A stretch of 55,791 nt of DNA from an uncultured Eubacteriales bacterium (GTDB lineage: Bacteria; Bacillota; Clostridia; Oscillospirales; Oscillospiraceae): the NCBI GenBank assembly GCA_900317385.1, contig ONGN01000001.1, positions 1 to 55,791 on the forward strand, written 5' to 3'. Shown piece by piece: positions 27,259 to 35,639 of the stretch. The notes under the pieces are model-generated. The model worked only from the letters and a program-made list of their open reading frames with translations, did no database searches and had not been told where the DNA came from. The position numbers and the translations under genes are program-made. How positions within the stretch are numbered: position 1 is the first letter of the stretch; each line of letters opens with the position of its first letter.

Positions 27259-27854
27259 TATCCGTACACGCTCCCGAAGCGGCTCCAGTCGGCCTTCTCC
27301 CCCTCGTTAGACCCGGGGATGAGCACGAAGAGTACCTTGCCCACTATCTGCCTCTCGTCCACGAAGCCTACGCTGTAGCTGCGGCTGTCCCTGCTCGCGT
27401 TGCGGTTGTCGCCCATAACGAAAAGGCAACCCTCCGGCACTGTGACCTCGCCGTCAAAGTTCTCGCGCACGTTCGTCAGCGTATTGGTATAAGGCTCGTC
27501 GAGAGCGACGCCGTCAACGTAAACGATGCCGGCGGTAAAGTCGATATCCACCGTCTGCCCGGCCTTAGCTATTATGCGCTTCACAAGAGGCTCGTCATCG
27601 TAGAGGTCGGTACGGAATACTACGATGTCGCCGGTCTGCGGAGTGTAAAACAGCTTTGAGGTGATAACGAGGTCGTTATTGTGAAGCGTGGAATACATTG
27701 AGCTGCCGTCCACTCTCACGACCCTCGCGATAAAAATGAATATAAAGATACCGGCCACGAAGGCGCAGATTATGCTCTGCAGCCAGTCAAACGCCTCCGC
27801 CCTAAACGGCAGCTTTTCCGCCTTCTGCACGGTCTTTTCAGTCTCTTCGCTCAA
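27258..27854 (-). CDS. lepB: Signal peptidase I
   Basis: TTG start with GGGGGAGG 5 nt upstream. S26 motifs GSSMYST and GDNRNASRDSR. Confidence 0.9.
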   Translation of the reverse strand: MSEETEKTVQKAEKLPFRAEAFDWLQSIICAFVAGIFIFIFIARVVRVDGSSMYSTLHNNDLVITSKLFYTPQTGDIVVFRTDLYDDEPLVKRIIAKAGQTVDIDFTAGIVYVDGVALDEPYTNTLTNVRENFDGEVTVPEGCLFVMGDNRNASRDSRSYSVGFVDERQIVGKVLFVLIPGSNEGEKADWSRFGSVYG

Positions 27855-27898
27855 TTTTGCCTCCCCCTTTAGAAGGAAAAATAATACTCTAATTTTAT

Positions 27899-27907
27899 AT
27901 TATACCA
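27899..27907 (-). promoter_or_regulatory. Extended -10 promoter element for lepB
   Basis: The - strand reads TGGTATAAT immediately after the rplS terminator. The -35 region is just a T-run. Confidence 0.4.
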
Positions 27908-27920
27908 AAAAAGAGCAAAT

Positions 27921-27949
27921 AAAAAAAGAGGCTTGCGCCTCTTTTTTTA
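27921..27949 (-). terminator. Intrinsic terminator after rplS (symmetric A/T flanks)
   Basis: The - strand reads AAAAAAAGAGGC-GCAA-GCCTCTTTTTTTA: a 6-bp stem (27927-27932 / 27937-27942), a GCAA loop and a 7-T run. Confidence 0.8.
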
Positions 27950-27970
27950 TATTTTTCATTCGGCAAAGCC

Positions 27971-28312
27971 TCAGATACGCTCCTTGACCTTTGCGCTCTT
28001 GCCCACACGGTCTCTGAGGTAGTAGAGCTTTGCTCTTCTGACCTTACCGCGGCGGACGGTCTCGATGGAGACGATAGACGGAGAGTGAACGGGGAAAACC
28101 TTCTCGCAGCCTACGTTGTAGGAGATGCGGCGGACGGTGATGGTCTCGTTGATGCCGCCGTGCTTCTTCGCGATAAGGGTGCCTTCAAACGCCTGGTTAC
28201 GCTCACGGTTGCCCTCCTTTACGCGGACGGTAACGCGGACGGTATCACCGACGTTGAGCTCGGGAAGCTCGCTCTTCATATACTTTTCATTAAGAGTCTC
28301 GACTAAATTCAT
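27971..28312 (-). CDS. rplS: 50S ribosomal protein L19
   Basis: 113 aa. VGDTVRV.V.V.EG.RER.Q.FEG and ITVRR are typical of L19. Confidence 0.97.
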   Translation of the reverse strand: MNLVETLNEKYMKSELPELNVGDTVRVTVRVKEGNRERNQAFEGTLIAKKHGGINETITVRRISYNVGCEKVFPVHSPSIVSIETVRRGKVRRAKLYYLRDRVGKSAKVKERI

Positions 28313-28432
28313 TATGCTTTTCCTCCCTTCCGGTCAGAGGTTCATACCGTTCCCTCGGCAGCGGAACATCCAAATTGGCGGGTTAACCCGCGAAAGCTTT
28401 GATATGATACCATAGTCTTCCCGAAAATGCAA
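28313..28432 (-). promoter_or_regulatory. rplS promoter plus structured 5' leader (possible L19 autoregulatory leader)
   Basis: The - strand reads TTGCAT (28427-28432), a 17-nt spacer ending TGG, then TATCAT (28404-28409). The ~90-nt leader has hairpins CGCGGGTTAACCCGCC and GTTCCGCTGCCGAGGGAAC ahead of the GGGAGG SD. Confidence 0.45.
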
Positions 28433-28477
28433 GTATTTTTTTACGTTTTCAAAAAACGAAAAAATGCGTTTTGGCTT

Positions 28478-29479
28478 TTACAGCGGGCACGTTATTCTGT
28501 ATTCAAGCACATGGCTCAGCAGTTTTCTGGGCTCTACCCCAAGGCGCTCCGCCAGCGAGCGCATATTCTCGTCGATGAGGTCAAGATGCTTCTCCTCAAA
28601 AAGGGCCTTATCCTCCGACCGCTGCAGGGTCCCCGCATTATGCAGGCCGTACAGCTCGCCCAGCTTTTCAAAGCAGTGCTGAGACGGAACGTTATCCGTC
28701 TCCACGAGCGCGCTGAATTTAGTTTTCCCGGAGATGCGGCTGACCTCATTAAGAAAAAGCTTGATGCTTTCGGGACCGTAGCCTCGCCCCGTGTATCCTC
28801 TGTCCAGCTCAATGGCAATTTCCCACACGTCGGCACGGGTGTCCTTGATCCCAAGATAACCGGCAGGTATGCCATCGACTTCGATCACGCAATAGAAGGA
28901 CTCCGGGTGACAGAGGTCGAGAAGGAAAAGACTTTCTTTTCTGTGCACATCTTCGCGGATCACTTCGCGGTATACCGAGGTATACTGTGTCGTTATGCCA
29001 ATATAGAAATCCACGTCTCCGGAGTTTATCGGGCGCAGTACAACATCTTCGTCACGGGCGAAAACCGGAAGGGTCTTTTCTTTGGAGAAATCCCAGTCTG
29101 ACGCTTTATCCTTTGTGTCTGCCAAAACTCTTATGATATCGTCAAGGCCGCTTCTATATGCCGCCTCGCGCTCGGGGGTCCCGGGTTTAAATCGCTCTGC
29201 CTTTTCCCATATTTCTTTCAGCCGATCGTTGACCATTTTCCGCTCCGCAAGCAAACGGTCAGCGTTATCATTTGACATGGCATCTAAGCTTTTCTTCAGC
29301 TCTTGTATTATCTCATCCACCTTTATCGGTAAATCAGCGGGCTTTTCCTCTAAAATTTTTATAACTTTCTGAAGTCTCTCGGCCTCCTGCTCGAGCTGAG
29401 CCTTCGCAAAGACCCGATCAGCAGGTTCTTTTAAGTCAGCTTCTCGAGATATGTTTTTATCCTCTTCAGTGTTTTCCAT
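28478..29479 (-). CDS. GNAT-family N-acetyltransferase with a ~150-aa charged/coiled N-terminal extension
   Basis: ATG 29479 (MENTEEDKN) has GGGGGAG upstream; the ORF opens at 29518. The GNAT core spans about residues 150-300 (VIEVDGIPAGYLGI..., RGYTGRGYG acetyl-CoA loop). The N-terminal part is K/E-rich and visibly lower in GC. Confidence 0.7.
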   Translation of the reverse strand: MENTEEDKNISREADLKEPADRVFAKAQLEQEAERLQKVIKILEEKPADLPIKVDEIIQELKKSLDAMSNDNADRLLAERKMVNDRLKEIWEKAERFKPGTPEREAAYRSGLDDIIRVLADTKDKASDWDFSKEKTLPVFARDEDVVLRPINSGDVDFYIGITTQYTSVYREVIREDVHRKESLFLLDLCHPESFYCVIEVDGIPAGYLGIKDTRADVWEIAIELDRGYTGRGYGPESIKLFLNEVSRISGKTKFSALVETDNVPSQHCFEKLGELYGLHNAGTLQRSEDKALFEEKHLDLIDENMRSLAERLGVEPRKLLSHVLEYRITCPL

Positions 29480-29518
29480 AAGCTCTCCCCCTTTGCGCAA
29501 ATTTCGGCACACGCTCAA

Positions 29519-29545
29519 AGCCGCATCGGGTAAACCGATGCGGCT
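29519..29545 (-). terminator. Hairpin after pfkA (weak U-tract on the - strand)
   Basis: 11-bp stem AGCCGCATCGG / CCGATGCGGCT with a 5-nt loop. The - strand follows with TTGAG, whereas the + strand follows with TTTT. Confidence 0.5.
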
Positions 29546-29562
29546 TTTGCAATTGAGTAATG

Positions 29563-30570
29563 TCAGTCGTTTACCTGCGGAATACGGACCGAGCCTCCGA
29601 TCTGCATTGCCTCCATGATCTTGTATCTCTCCATCTGGAGCGACTTCTTCATCTGAAGAGCCTCTTCGATGGGGATGGCGACGATGCTGCCCTCCTGGGT
29701 GCCGATTATGGTGTTCAGGTTGCCCTCGGCAAAGGCCTTGACGGCATAGTATCCCATTCTCGTGGCAGTCTCGCGGTCGCGGGCATTGGGCGAGCCTCCG
29801 CGCTGGATATGACCGAGGACGGTCACACGCGGCTCGATGCCTAACGCTTCCTTGATCCTCTTGCCGATGTCTATCGCGCTGCCGACACCCTCGGCAACGA
29901 CTATCATAAAGTGAGTGTTTCCCGCAAGGCGGCTCTCCTGGATGTCTTCAACGACGTCCTTCTGGAAGTCGAGCTCATGCTCGGGCACGAGGACGGCGGT
30001 AGCGCCGACGGCTATGCCGACGTAAAGGGCGAGGAAGCCCGCGTTGCGGCCCATGACCTCAACGACCGAGCAGCGCTCATGAGACTGCATCGTATCGCGG
30101 AGGCGGTCAATACACTCGATAGCGGTGTTGCATGCGGTGTCGAAACCGATAGTGTAGTTCGTACAGCCGATGTCGTTATCTATCGTAGCGGGTACGCCGA
30201 CAACAGGCACGCCGAGTCTCGAGAGCTCAAGCGCGCCTCTGAAGGTACCGTCGCCGCCGATTGCGACGATGCCGTCAAGTCCGAGCATCCTGCAGGTCTG
30301 AACGGCCTTAAGTCTGCCCTTCTCCGTCATGAACTCGTCGCTTCTCGCCGTGTAGAGGATGGTGCCGCCGCGAGAGAGTATGTGCCCGACGCTTGAGCCG
30401 GACAAATTGACGAAGTCCCCCGAGATCAGGCCCGCCCATCCTCTGCGGATTCCAATGCATTCAATACCATAGGCGAGCGCCGTTCTGACTACGGCTCTGA
30501 CAGCCGCGTTCATACCGGGTGCGTCGCCGCCCGAGGTGAGAACGCCTATTCTGCGAATCTTTTTTTCCAT
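29563..30570 (-). CDS. pfkA: ATP-dependent 6-phosphofructokinase
   Basis: 335 aa with GVLTSGGDAPGMNAA, IGGDGT and TIDNDI motifs. Confidence 0.95.
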   Translation of the reverse strand: MEKKIRRIGVLTSGGDAPGMNAAVRAVVRTALAYGIECIGIRRGWAGLISGDFVNLSGSSVGHILSRGGTILYTARSDEFMTEKGRLKAVQTCRMLGLDGIVAIGGDGTFRGALELSRLGVPVVGVPATIDNDIGCTNYTIGFDTACNTAIECIDRLRDTMQSHERCSVVEVMGRNAGFLALYVGIAVGATAVLVPEHELDFQKDVVEDIQESRLAGNTHFMIVVAEGVGSAIDIGKRIKEALGIEPRVTVLGHIQRGGSPNARDRETATRMGYYAVKAFAEGNLNTIIGTQEGSIVAIPIEEALQMKKSLQMERYKIMEAMQIGGSVRIPQVND

Positions 30571-30584
30571 ACCGTTATCCTCCC

Positions 30585-31241
30585 TTATCTGAATATGTTA
30601 TGATCTGCGTCGTATATTTCAAGCCTTCTTACTCTCGTAAAATCAGGCCTGAGGTCCGGTTTAAATGCGTCTATCGCCGAAATAAGCAGGGCGGGCGAAA
30701 GGCTCGGCTCCTGAGCCGATATCACCGCCTCGCAGTAGACCGTAGTCCCGTCCAGGCGGGAAAAGGCGATGGAGTCTATCATCGGAACGATATCCACCGT
30801 GCGCGTCTTCCCCTTAGAGGTCTTCTCGACCTCAAGGCTTTCGCGGGCGTAAAGCTCCTCAAGCTCCGTCTCCGCTCCCTCGGGTACTCCGGCGTCGTAA
30901 ATCATCTCGATGCCGACTCTCAGCCATTTAATGTGCTTAAGCTTGGCGCTCTCCTCGTAGGCTTTTAAGACGGTTATTCCCTCCGGGGCGTTTGCCGTCA
31001 GTCTCTCGGGAAGCTCCTCGAGGGTCGCCCCACCTACGAGGGTGAAGTCCATCAGCTCGCAGTCGGACTCCGTCCCCACGCTGAGCGGAAGGGCGAACGC
31101 CATATACGGATGCGGGTTATAGCCCTCGGTGTGCTTTATTTTTACTCCGGCGCGGATAAAGACCCTCTGCATCGTCCGCATTATATCGAGGTGGGATATG
31201 TACTTTGCCCTGCCCTCTTTTTTAAAAAGTATCCTACTCAT
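30585..31241 (-). CDS. Radical SAM-linked protein (TIGR03936 / DUF2344 type)
   Basis: 218 aa. KYISHLDIMRTMQRVFIRAG and EGYNPHPYMAFALPLSVG are typical. It overlaps the upstream radical SAM gene by 8 nt. Confidence 0.85.
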   Translation of the reverse strand: MSRILFKKEGRAKYISHLDIMRTMQRVFIRAGVKIKHTEGYNPHPYMAFALPLSVGTESDCELMDFTLVGGATLEELPERLTANAPEGITVLKAYEESAKLKHIKWLRVGIEMIYDAGVPEGAETELEELYARESLEVEKTSKGKTRTVDIVPMIDSIAFSRLDGTTVYCEAVISAQEPSLSPALLISAIDAFKPDLRPDFTRVRRLEIYDADHNIFR

Positions 31242-33072
31242 CGCATTTCCTCGGATAAACGAGCTCGGAGGCTCCGCAGCCCGTGCATTGAGCCCGGCAG
31301 TCGGGCGTTATCCTGCCCTCGTAAGCCGTGTGTCTCTCCCTGAGAAGATAGCTCTTTCTTACGCCGACGTCGATAACGTCCCACGGCATCGTCTCTGCCT
31401 CGTCCCTCTCTCTAAGGGCATAGAAGTCCATACTCAGCCCGTGATTTTCCATTGCCTCTTGCCAGCGCTCGAGCGAAAAATACTCGCTCCACGCCTCGAG
31501 GCGGCCTCCGTTTTTCCATACCTCCTCGATGACCGGGCCAAGCCGCCTGTCGCCCCTTGAAAGCACGGCCTCGACGAGGCTTATCTCGGTATTGTGCCAG
31601 TTATAGGTTATCGAGCGGTATTTCTTTACGGCCTCCTTGAGAAGTCCGACCCTGTGCTGATAGGTTTCGCTCGAGATCTGCCCCTCCCACTGGAACGGGG
31701 TGTGCGGCTTCGGGACGAAAAGGGACGTGCTTATCGTTATCTTAACCCCTCTCGATCTGTTGTTCGTGTTCTGATACCAGCACTCCTGCACCTTATGGGC
31801 AAGGTCGGCTATCGCGAGGACGTCCTCGTCGGTCTCGGTGGGAAGTCCGAGCATAAAGTAGAGCTTCAGCGTGCTCCAGCCGCCCTGGAAGGCGACCTTG
31901 CAGGAGTGCAGCAGGTCCTCCTCGGTCACGTTCTTGTTAATAACGTCTCTCAGCCTCTGGCTGCCCGCCTCGGGAGCGAAGGTGAGCCCGGTTTTTCTGA
32001 CCTTCTGCACCCTCTCCATAAGATCCATCGAGAAGTTGTCCGCCCTTAAAGACGGCAGCGACAGGCTTATCATTCTCGGCTCGCACCAGTCCAGAAGCCC
32101 GTCGCATAATTCGCCGAGCCCCTTGAAGTCGCTAGTGGAGAGGCTTGAGAGCGTTATCTCCTCGTAGCCGGAATCCGTCAGCGCCTCCTTCGCTATCTCG
32201 AGGAGCTTTTCGGCGCTTCTTCGGCGCACCGGCCTGTAAGCGTACCCCGCCTGGCAGAAGCGGCAGCCGCGGATGCAGCCGCGCATTACCTCTAAAACGA
32301 CCCTGTCGTGGATTATCTCGGTAGACGGTATTATCGTCTTTTTGGGGAAATACGCTGAATCAAGATCCTCGATTATCCTCTTCGTAACTTTTTCCGGCGC
32401 TCCGGCAAGAGGGGCAATTGCCTTCACCGTTCCGTCCGCGTTATAGCTCACGTCGTAAAGGCTCGGAACGTATACTCCCTTTATCTTCGCGGCCTCGGCG
32501 AGAAATTCCGCCTTCGTCCGGCTCTCCGCCCTTGCTTTTTTCAAAAGGCGGACGACCTCAAGGTCAAGCTCCTCACCCTCTCCGATCAGAAACAGATCGA
32601 CGAAGTCGGCTATCGGCTCCGCGTTTATGCAGGAGGTGCCTCCAGCCATCACGATTGGCGTAAGCCCGGGCCTGTCCTTGCTCCTTATGGGCAGACCCGC
32701 AAGGTCGAGCATATCGAGAACGCCCGTATACGCCATCTCGTACCCGAGGGAGAAGGCGATAACGTCGAAGTCCCTGACGGGGTCGCCGGACTCGAGAGCG
32801 TAGAGCGGCACTCCCGCCGCTCGCATCTCATCCTCCATATCGCCCCAGGGCGCGAACACCCGCTCGCACCACACGCCGGGCTCCTCGTTCAGCGCCCCGT
32901 AGAGTATGCGCATACCGAGGTTCGACATTCCTATCTCGTACGTATCGGGAAAGCAGAAGGCGAAGCGGAAATCGACCTCTGCCTTATCCTTTATTATCTC
33001 GCCCCATTCACCGCCGGTATAGCGGGAGGGCTTTTGAACTTTTTGCAGAATTCTTTCAAGCTCAGGTCTCAT
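31234..33072 (-). CDS. B12-binding-domain radical SAM protein (TIGR03960 type, function unknown)
   Basis: 612 aa. N-terminal KPSRYTGGEWG, then a B12-like domain, then the CxxxCxxC-type cluster context GCIRGCRFCQAGYAYRP. Confidence 0.9.
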   Translation of the reverse strand: MRPELERILQKVQKPSRYTGGEWGEIIKDKAEVDFRFAFCFPDTYEIGMSNLGMRILYGALNEEPGVWCERVFAPWGDMEDEMRAAGVPLYALESGDPVRDFDVIAFSLGYEMAYTGVLDMLDLAGLPIRSKDRPGLTPIVMAGGTSCINAEPIADFVDLFLIGEGEELDLEVVRLLKKARAESRTKAEFLAEAAKIKGVYVPSLYDVSYNADGTVKAIAPLAGAPEKVTKRIIEDLDSAYFPKKTIIPSTEIIHDRVVLEVMRGCIRGCRFCQAGYAYRPVRRRSAEKLLEIAKEALTDSGYEEITLSSLSTSDFKGLGELCDGLLDWCEPRMISLSLPSLRADNFSMDLMERVQKVRKTGLTFAPEAGSQRLRDVINKNVTEEDLLHSCKVAFQGGWSTLKLYFMLGLPTETDEDVLAIADLAHKVQECWYQNTNNRSRGVKITISTSLFVPKPHTPFQWEGQISSETYQHRVGLLKEAVKKYRSITYNWHNTEISLVEAVLSRGDRRLGPVIEEVWKNGGRLEAWSEYFSLERWQEAMENHGLSMDFYALRERDEAETMPWDVIDVGVRKSYLLRERHTAYEGRITPDCRAQCTGCGASELVYPRKCDE

Positions 33073-33100
33073 TATACTGCTCCACTGTAATAATATGAAG

Positions 33101-33667
33101 TTATTGTACTACGTTTCCGCCGTTTTTGCAACACATTACACAAAGATATCCTGCAGAAATCAGAAAAGTATAGTTATTATATCTGAGGGCGGCCAATACT
33201 CCAAGCCCGCCCAAGGCCGCAAGGCAGACAGCGTCAAGAACGAGCGCCGACCTCTCCGCCGCGTCTGGCGAAGATAAGAGCGAAACGGCGGCGAATACCG
33301 CCCTCCCACCGTCAAGCCCCGATACCGGCAAGGCGTTCACCGCGGAGAGAGCGGCGTTCACTCCGGTGAAAAAGGGCGAGCATTTAAGCGCGAAAGCCGA
33401 CAGAGCCGCGGCCCCGGCGCTTGCTAATGGCCCGGCTAAAGCAACGACTGCGTCCTCAATGTATCCGCCCCCCGCGTATTTTATCCTGAGCCCGCCGAGG
33501 CCCGCCGTAACGCTCTCCGGCGCAAGTCCGCAGATAAGTATGGCGGCGATATGCCCCGCCTCGTGAATTATGGCGGCGGCGGCAACGGGCAGAAGATCTC
33601 CCTCCTCGATAAGGAGCAAAAGGGCGGCTGCGGTGATAAGGGCTCCGGGCTCAGCCTTAAGTTTCAT
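33101..33667 (-). CDS. Short M50 metallopeptidase (SpoIVFB-like, no CBS domain)
   Basis: HEAGH (HExxH) and NALPVSGLDGG in a polytopic protein. The ORF opens at 33715; ATG 33667 (MKLKAEPG) overlaps the upstream stop by 11 nt. Confidence 0.65.
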   Translation of the reverse strand: MKLKAEPGALITAAALLLLIEEGDLLPVAAAAIIHEAGHIAAILICGLAPESVTAGLGGLRIKYAGGGYIEDAVVALAGPLASAGAAALSAFALKCSPFFTGVNAALSAVNALPVSGLDGGRAVFAAVSLLSSPDAAERSALVLDAVCLAALGGLGVLAALRYNNYTFLISAGYLCVMCCKNGGNVVQ

Positions 33668-34214
33668 CGCTGCCCCGGCTTTTCCTTCCCAAAAGCTGCC
33701 CCTTCCTGACTTCATCTCCCTCAGAGGCCAGCACCTCGTCTAAGCCGTCGTATATGACCTCGCCGCTGTCACCGCGCACTATGACGTAGCCTCCAAAGGC
33801 GGAGCTTTCGCCCCTTGCGGTAACGGTGCCATTCTCCTCCGCTCTCACCTCCCCGTTATCCTCGGGCGCGATGATGGGGTGTAGCTCCTCTCCCGTCTCA
33901 GGCTGGGAGTTTTCCGCGGGGATTTGGATCGATACCGCGCCCCACGCTTTTTTTGCCGCCTCGTATACGTTCTCCTTATTTTGAATTGCCTCTCCGAATA
34001 CGCTCACTGCCTTTTTGTACGGAACGCTGAATGATATTTCCTCCAGCACGTCTGCGCGAAAATCCGCAAGCTCCTTCGGAAAAAGAAATCTCGTCCCGGC
34101 CGCAACCGCTAAAAGCAGTGCCGCGGCTGCGAGCCTTACCGTCTCCCGTCTCAGGCCCGCGCCCTTTGCGGGCGCCGTATCCGCTCTTCTTCCTCTCTTT
34201 CCCCCGTATGTCAT
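33657..34214 (-). CDS. Membrane-anchored degenerate LytM/M23-domain protein (SpoIVFA-like)
   Basis: Basic N-terminus, one TM segment (LAAAALLLAVAAG), and a C-terminal GGYVIVRGDSGEVIYDGLDEVLASEGDEVRKGQLLG that lacks the catalytic His residues. Its position upstream of an M50 gene mirrors spoIVFA-spoIVFB. Confidence 0.55.
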   Translation of the reverse strand: MTYGGKRGRRADTAPAKGAGLRRETVRLAAAALLLAVAAGTRFLFPKELADFRADVLEEISFSVPYKKAVSVFGEAIQNKENVYEAAKKAWGAVSIQIPAENSQPETGEELHPIIAPEDNGEVRAEENGTVTARGESSAFGGYVIVRGDSGEVIYDGLDEVLASEGDEVRKGQLLGRKSRGSDET

Positions 34215-34332
34215 TGGAAAAAATCACCTCCTTTAGGAAATTATTCGTATTCTCGGAACCTTATGAGTACCGAATAATTTTTCCGCTTCGGTTAAGAATA
34301 GAAGCGTATCCAATTATTTCGGAGGTCAAACG

Positions 34333-35295
34333 ATGAAGCATAAGAGAATCAAAATACTGCTTGCGGCTGCGCTCTGCGCCGCAGTATCCGCTTCCGTCCC
34401 CGCCGTGGCGACGGGCTATCTCGCCACCTCGGTGGTAAATCTAAACTCCGCTCCCGTCGCGGAAAATCTCGAATTTGAGACCTACCGCGGAGTTACCCTC
34501 GCGGGAGAGCTGAGAAGCGCAGATCCCGAGGCGGACGAGGTGTGCTATTCCGTTACGAAGGAGCCGAATAAGGGCACCGTTACCCTCGAAGGGGCAAGCT
34601 TTACCTACACACCCGCCGAGGGCAAGCGCGGCAAAGACACCTTTAAATACGTCGCCGTCGATTCCTTCGGAAACGTATCGAACGAGGCGACGGTAACGGT
34701 CAGCATCAAAAAGCAGCAGACCAAGGTGACTTACTCCGACCTCAAGGGCTCTGACGTTGAGTACGCGGCGACCTATCTCGCGGAGGAAGGCATATTCGTC
34801 GGCGAGAAGCTGGGAAGCGAGTACCTTTTCGACCCCGGCGCCCCTGTATCGAGGGGCGAATTTCTCGCGATGTGCCTTTGCGTCGCGGGTGCGGACGTTG
34901 ATAACGGGGCCGTTATGACGGGCTTTTCCGACGACGGGGATATTCCTCTTTGGCAAAAGCCCTACGTCGCGGCGGCAGTAGTTGAAAAAGTCGTGACCGG
35001 CTCGCGCGACAAGGAGGGCAGGATCGTGTTCTCTCCGAATCGCGCCGTTACGAGAGCTGAGGCCGCCGTTATGCTTAATAACGCGCTCGGCATCACGAAC
35101 GTCAGCCTCTCATACTCCGACTCCGTGCCCGCCTGGGCGTCTCAGGCGGCGGTGAATCTTGAGAGCGTAAACGTCTTCTCCGTAGGCGACGGGAAGGAAG
35201 CTCTCACCCGGGCGGAGGCGGCAAAGATGCTGGCAGAGGCCTCTAAGCTCGCCGCAAGAGAGACCCGCTCAGGGCTTCTCGCCTGGGCAAAATAA
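34333..35295 (+). CDS. SLH-domain cell-wall protein with an N-terminal Ig/cadherin-like module
   Basis: GGAGG 7 nt upstream and a signal peptide. The Ig-like module reads APVAENLEFETYRGVTLAGEL...FKYVAVDSFGNVSNEATVTVSI. Three SLH modules follow (VSRGEFLAMCL, VTRAEAAVMLNNAL, LTRAEAAKMLAEA). Confidence 0.8.
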   Translation: MKHKRIKILLAAALCAAVSASVPAVATGYLATSVVNLNSAPVAENLEFETYRGVTLAGELRSADPEADEVCYSVTKEPNKGTVTLEGASFTYTPAEGKRGKDTFKYVAVDSFGNVSNEATVTVSIKKQQTKVTYSDLKGSDVEYAATYLAEEGIFVGEKLGSEYLFDPGAPVSRGEFLAMCLCVAGADVDNGAVMTGFSDDGDIPLWQKPYVAAAVVEKVVTGSRDKEGRIVFSPNRAVTRAEAAVMLNNALGITNVSLSYSDSVPAWASQAAVNLESVNVFSVGDGKEALTRAEAAKMLAEASKLAARETRSGLLAWAK

Positions 35296-35337
35296 AAAAA
35301 GCGCTCAAGGGCAAAACCCTTGAGCGCTCTATTTTTA
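35294..35337. terminator. Bidirectional intrinsic terminator between the convergent SLH gene and rpmE
   Basis: 12-bp stem AGCGCTCAAGGG / CCCTTGAGCGCT (35300-35311 / 35317-35328) with a 5-nt loop. An A-run lies upstream and a T-run downstream, so it works on both strands. Confidence 0.8.
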
Positions 35338-35346
35338 CCAGATGAA

Positions 35347-35547
35347 TCAGGCAAGTCCGAACTTCTTGTTGAACTTATCAACACGTCCGCTGGTGTCTAC
35401 CAGCTTCTGCTTGCCGGTATAAAAGGGGTGGCACTTGGAGCAGATTTCAACTCTGATATCCTTCTTCGTGCTGCCCGTCTCTATTACCTCGCCGCAGGCG
35501 CATCTGATGGTCGTCTGCGTGTAATTGGGATGGATCCCTTCCTTCAA
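35347..35547 (-). CDS. rpmE: 50S ribosomal protein L31 (Zn-ribbon type)
   Basis: 66 aa with a TTG start and GAGGTG upstream. MKEGIHPNY plus CxC...CxxCHPFYTG. Confidence 0.95.
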   Translation of the reverse strand: MKEGIHPNYTQTTIRCACGEVIETGSTKKDIRVEICSKCHPFYTGKQKLVDTSGRVDKFNKKFGLA

Positions 35548-35626
35548 CTTGATTCACCTCTTTCTCGGAATATATGGGCGCGTTACGCGCAAAGCATATA
35601 TTATCACACCGTTTTTTAAATTGCAA
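35548..35626 (-). promoter_or_regulatory. rpmE promoter and short hairpin leader
   Basis: The - strand reads TTGCAA (35621-35626), a 17-nt spacer, then TAATAT (35598-35603). The leader carries the hairpin GCGCG-TAA-CGCGC before the SD and could be an L31 autoregulatory leader. Confidence 0.45.
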
Positions 35627-35639
35627 GCTTTTTTTCGCT

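Noticed and set aside
28433-29560. Lower-GC GNAT region as a mobile element
   Set aside because: No integrase, transposase, flanking direct or inverted repeats, or tRNA target was seen. The GC dip may largely reflect Lys/Glu-rich coding.
33976-34227. 83-aa alternative-frame ORF starting at a GTG inside the SD of the SpoIVFA-like gene
   Set aside because: The GTG is part of the GGAGGTG SD itself, so it has no spacing. The product is basic low-complexity sequence. The other frame gives a TM anchor plus a LytM-like domain.
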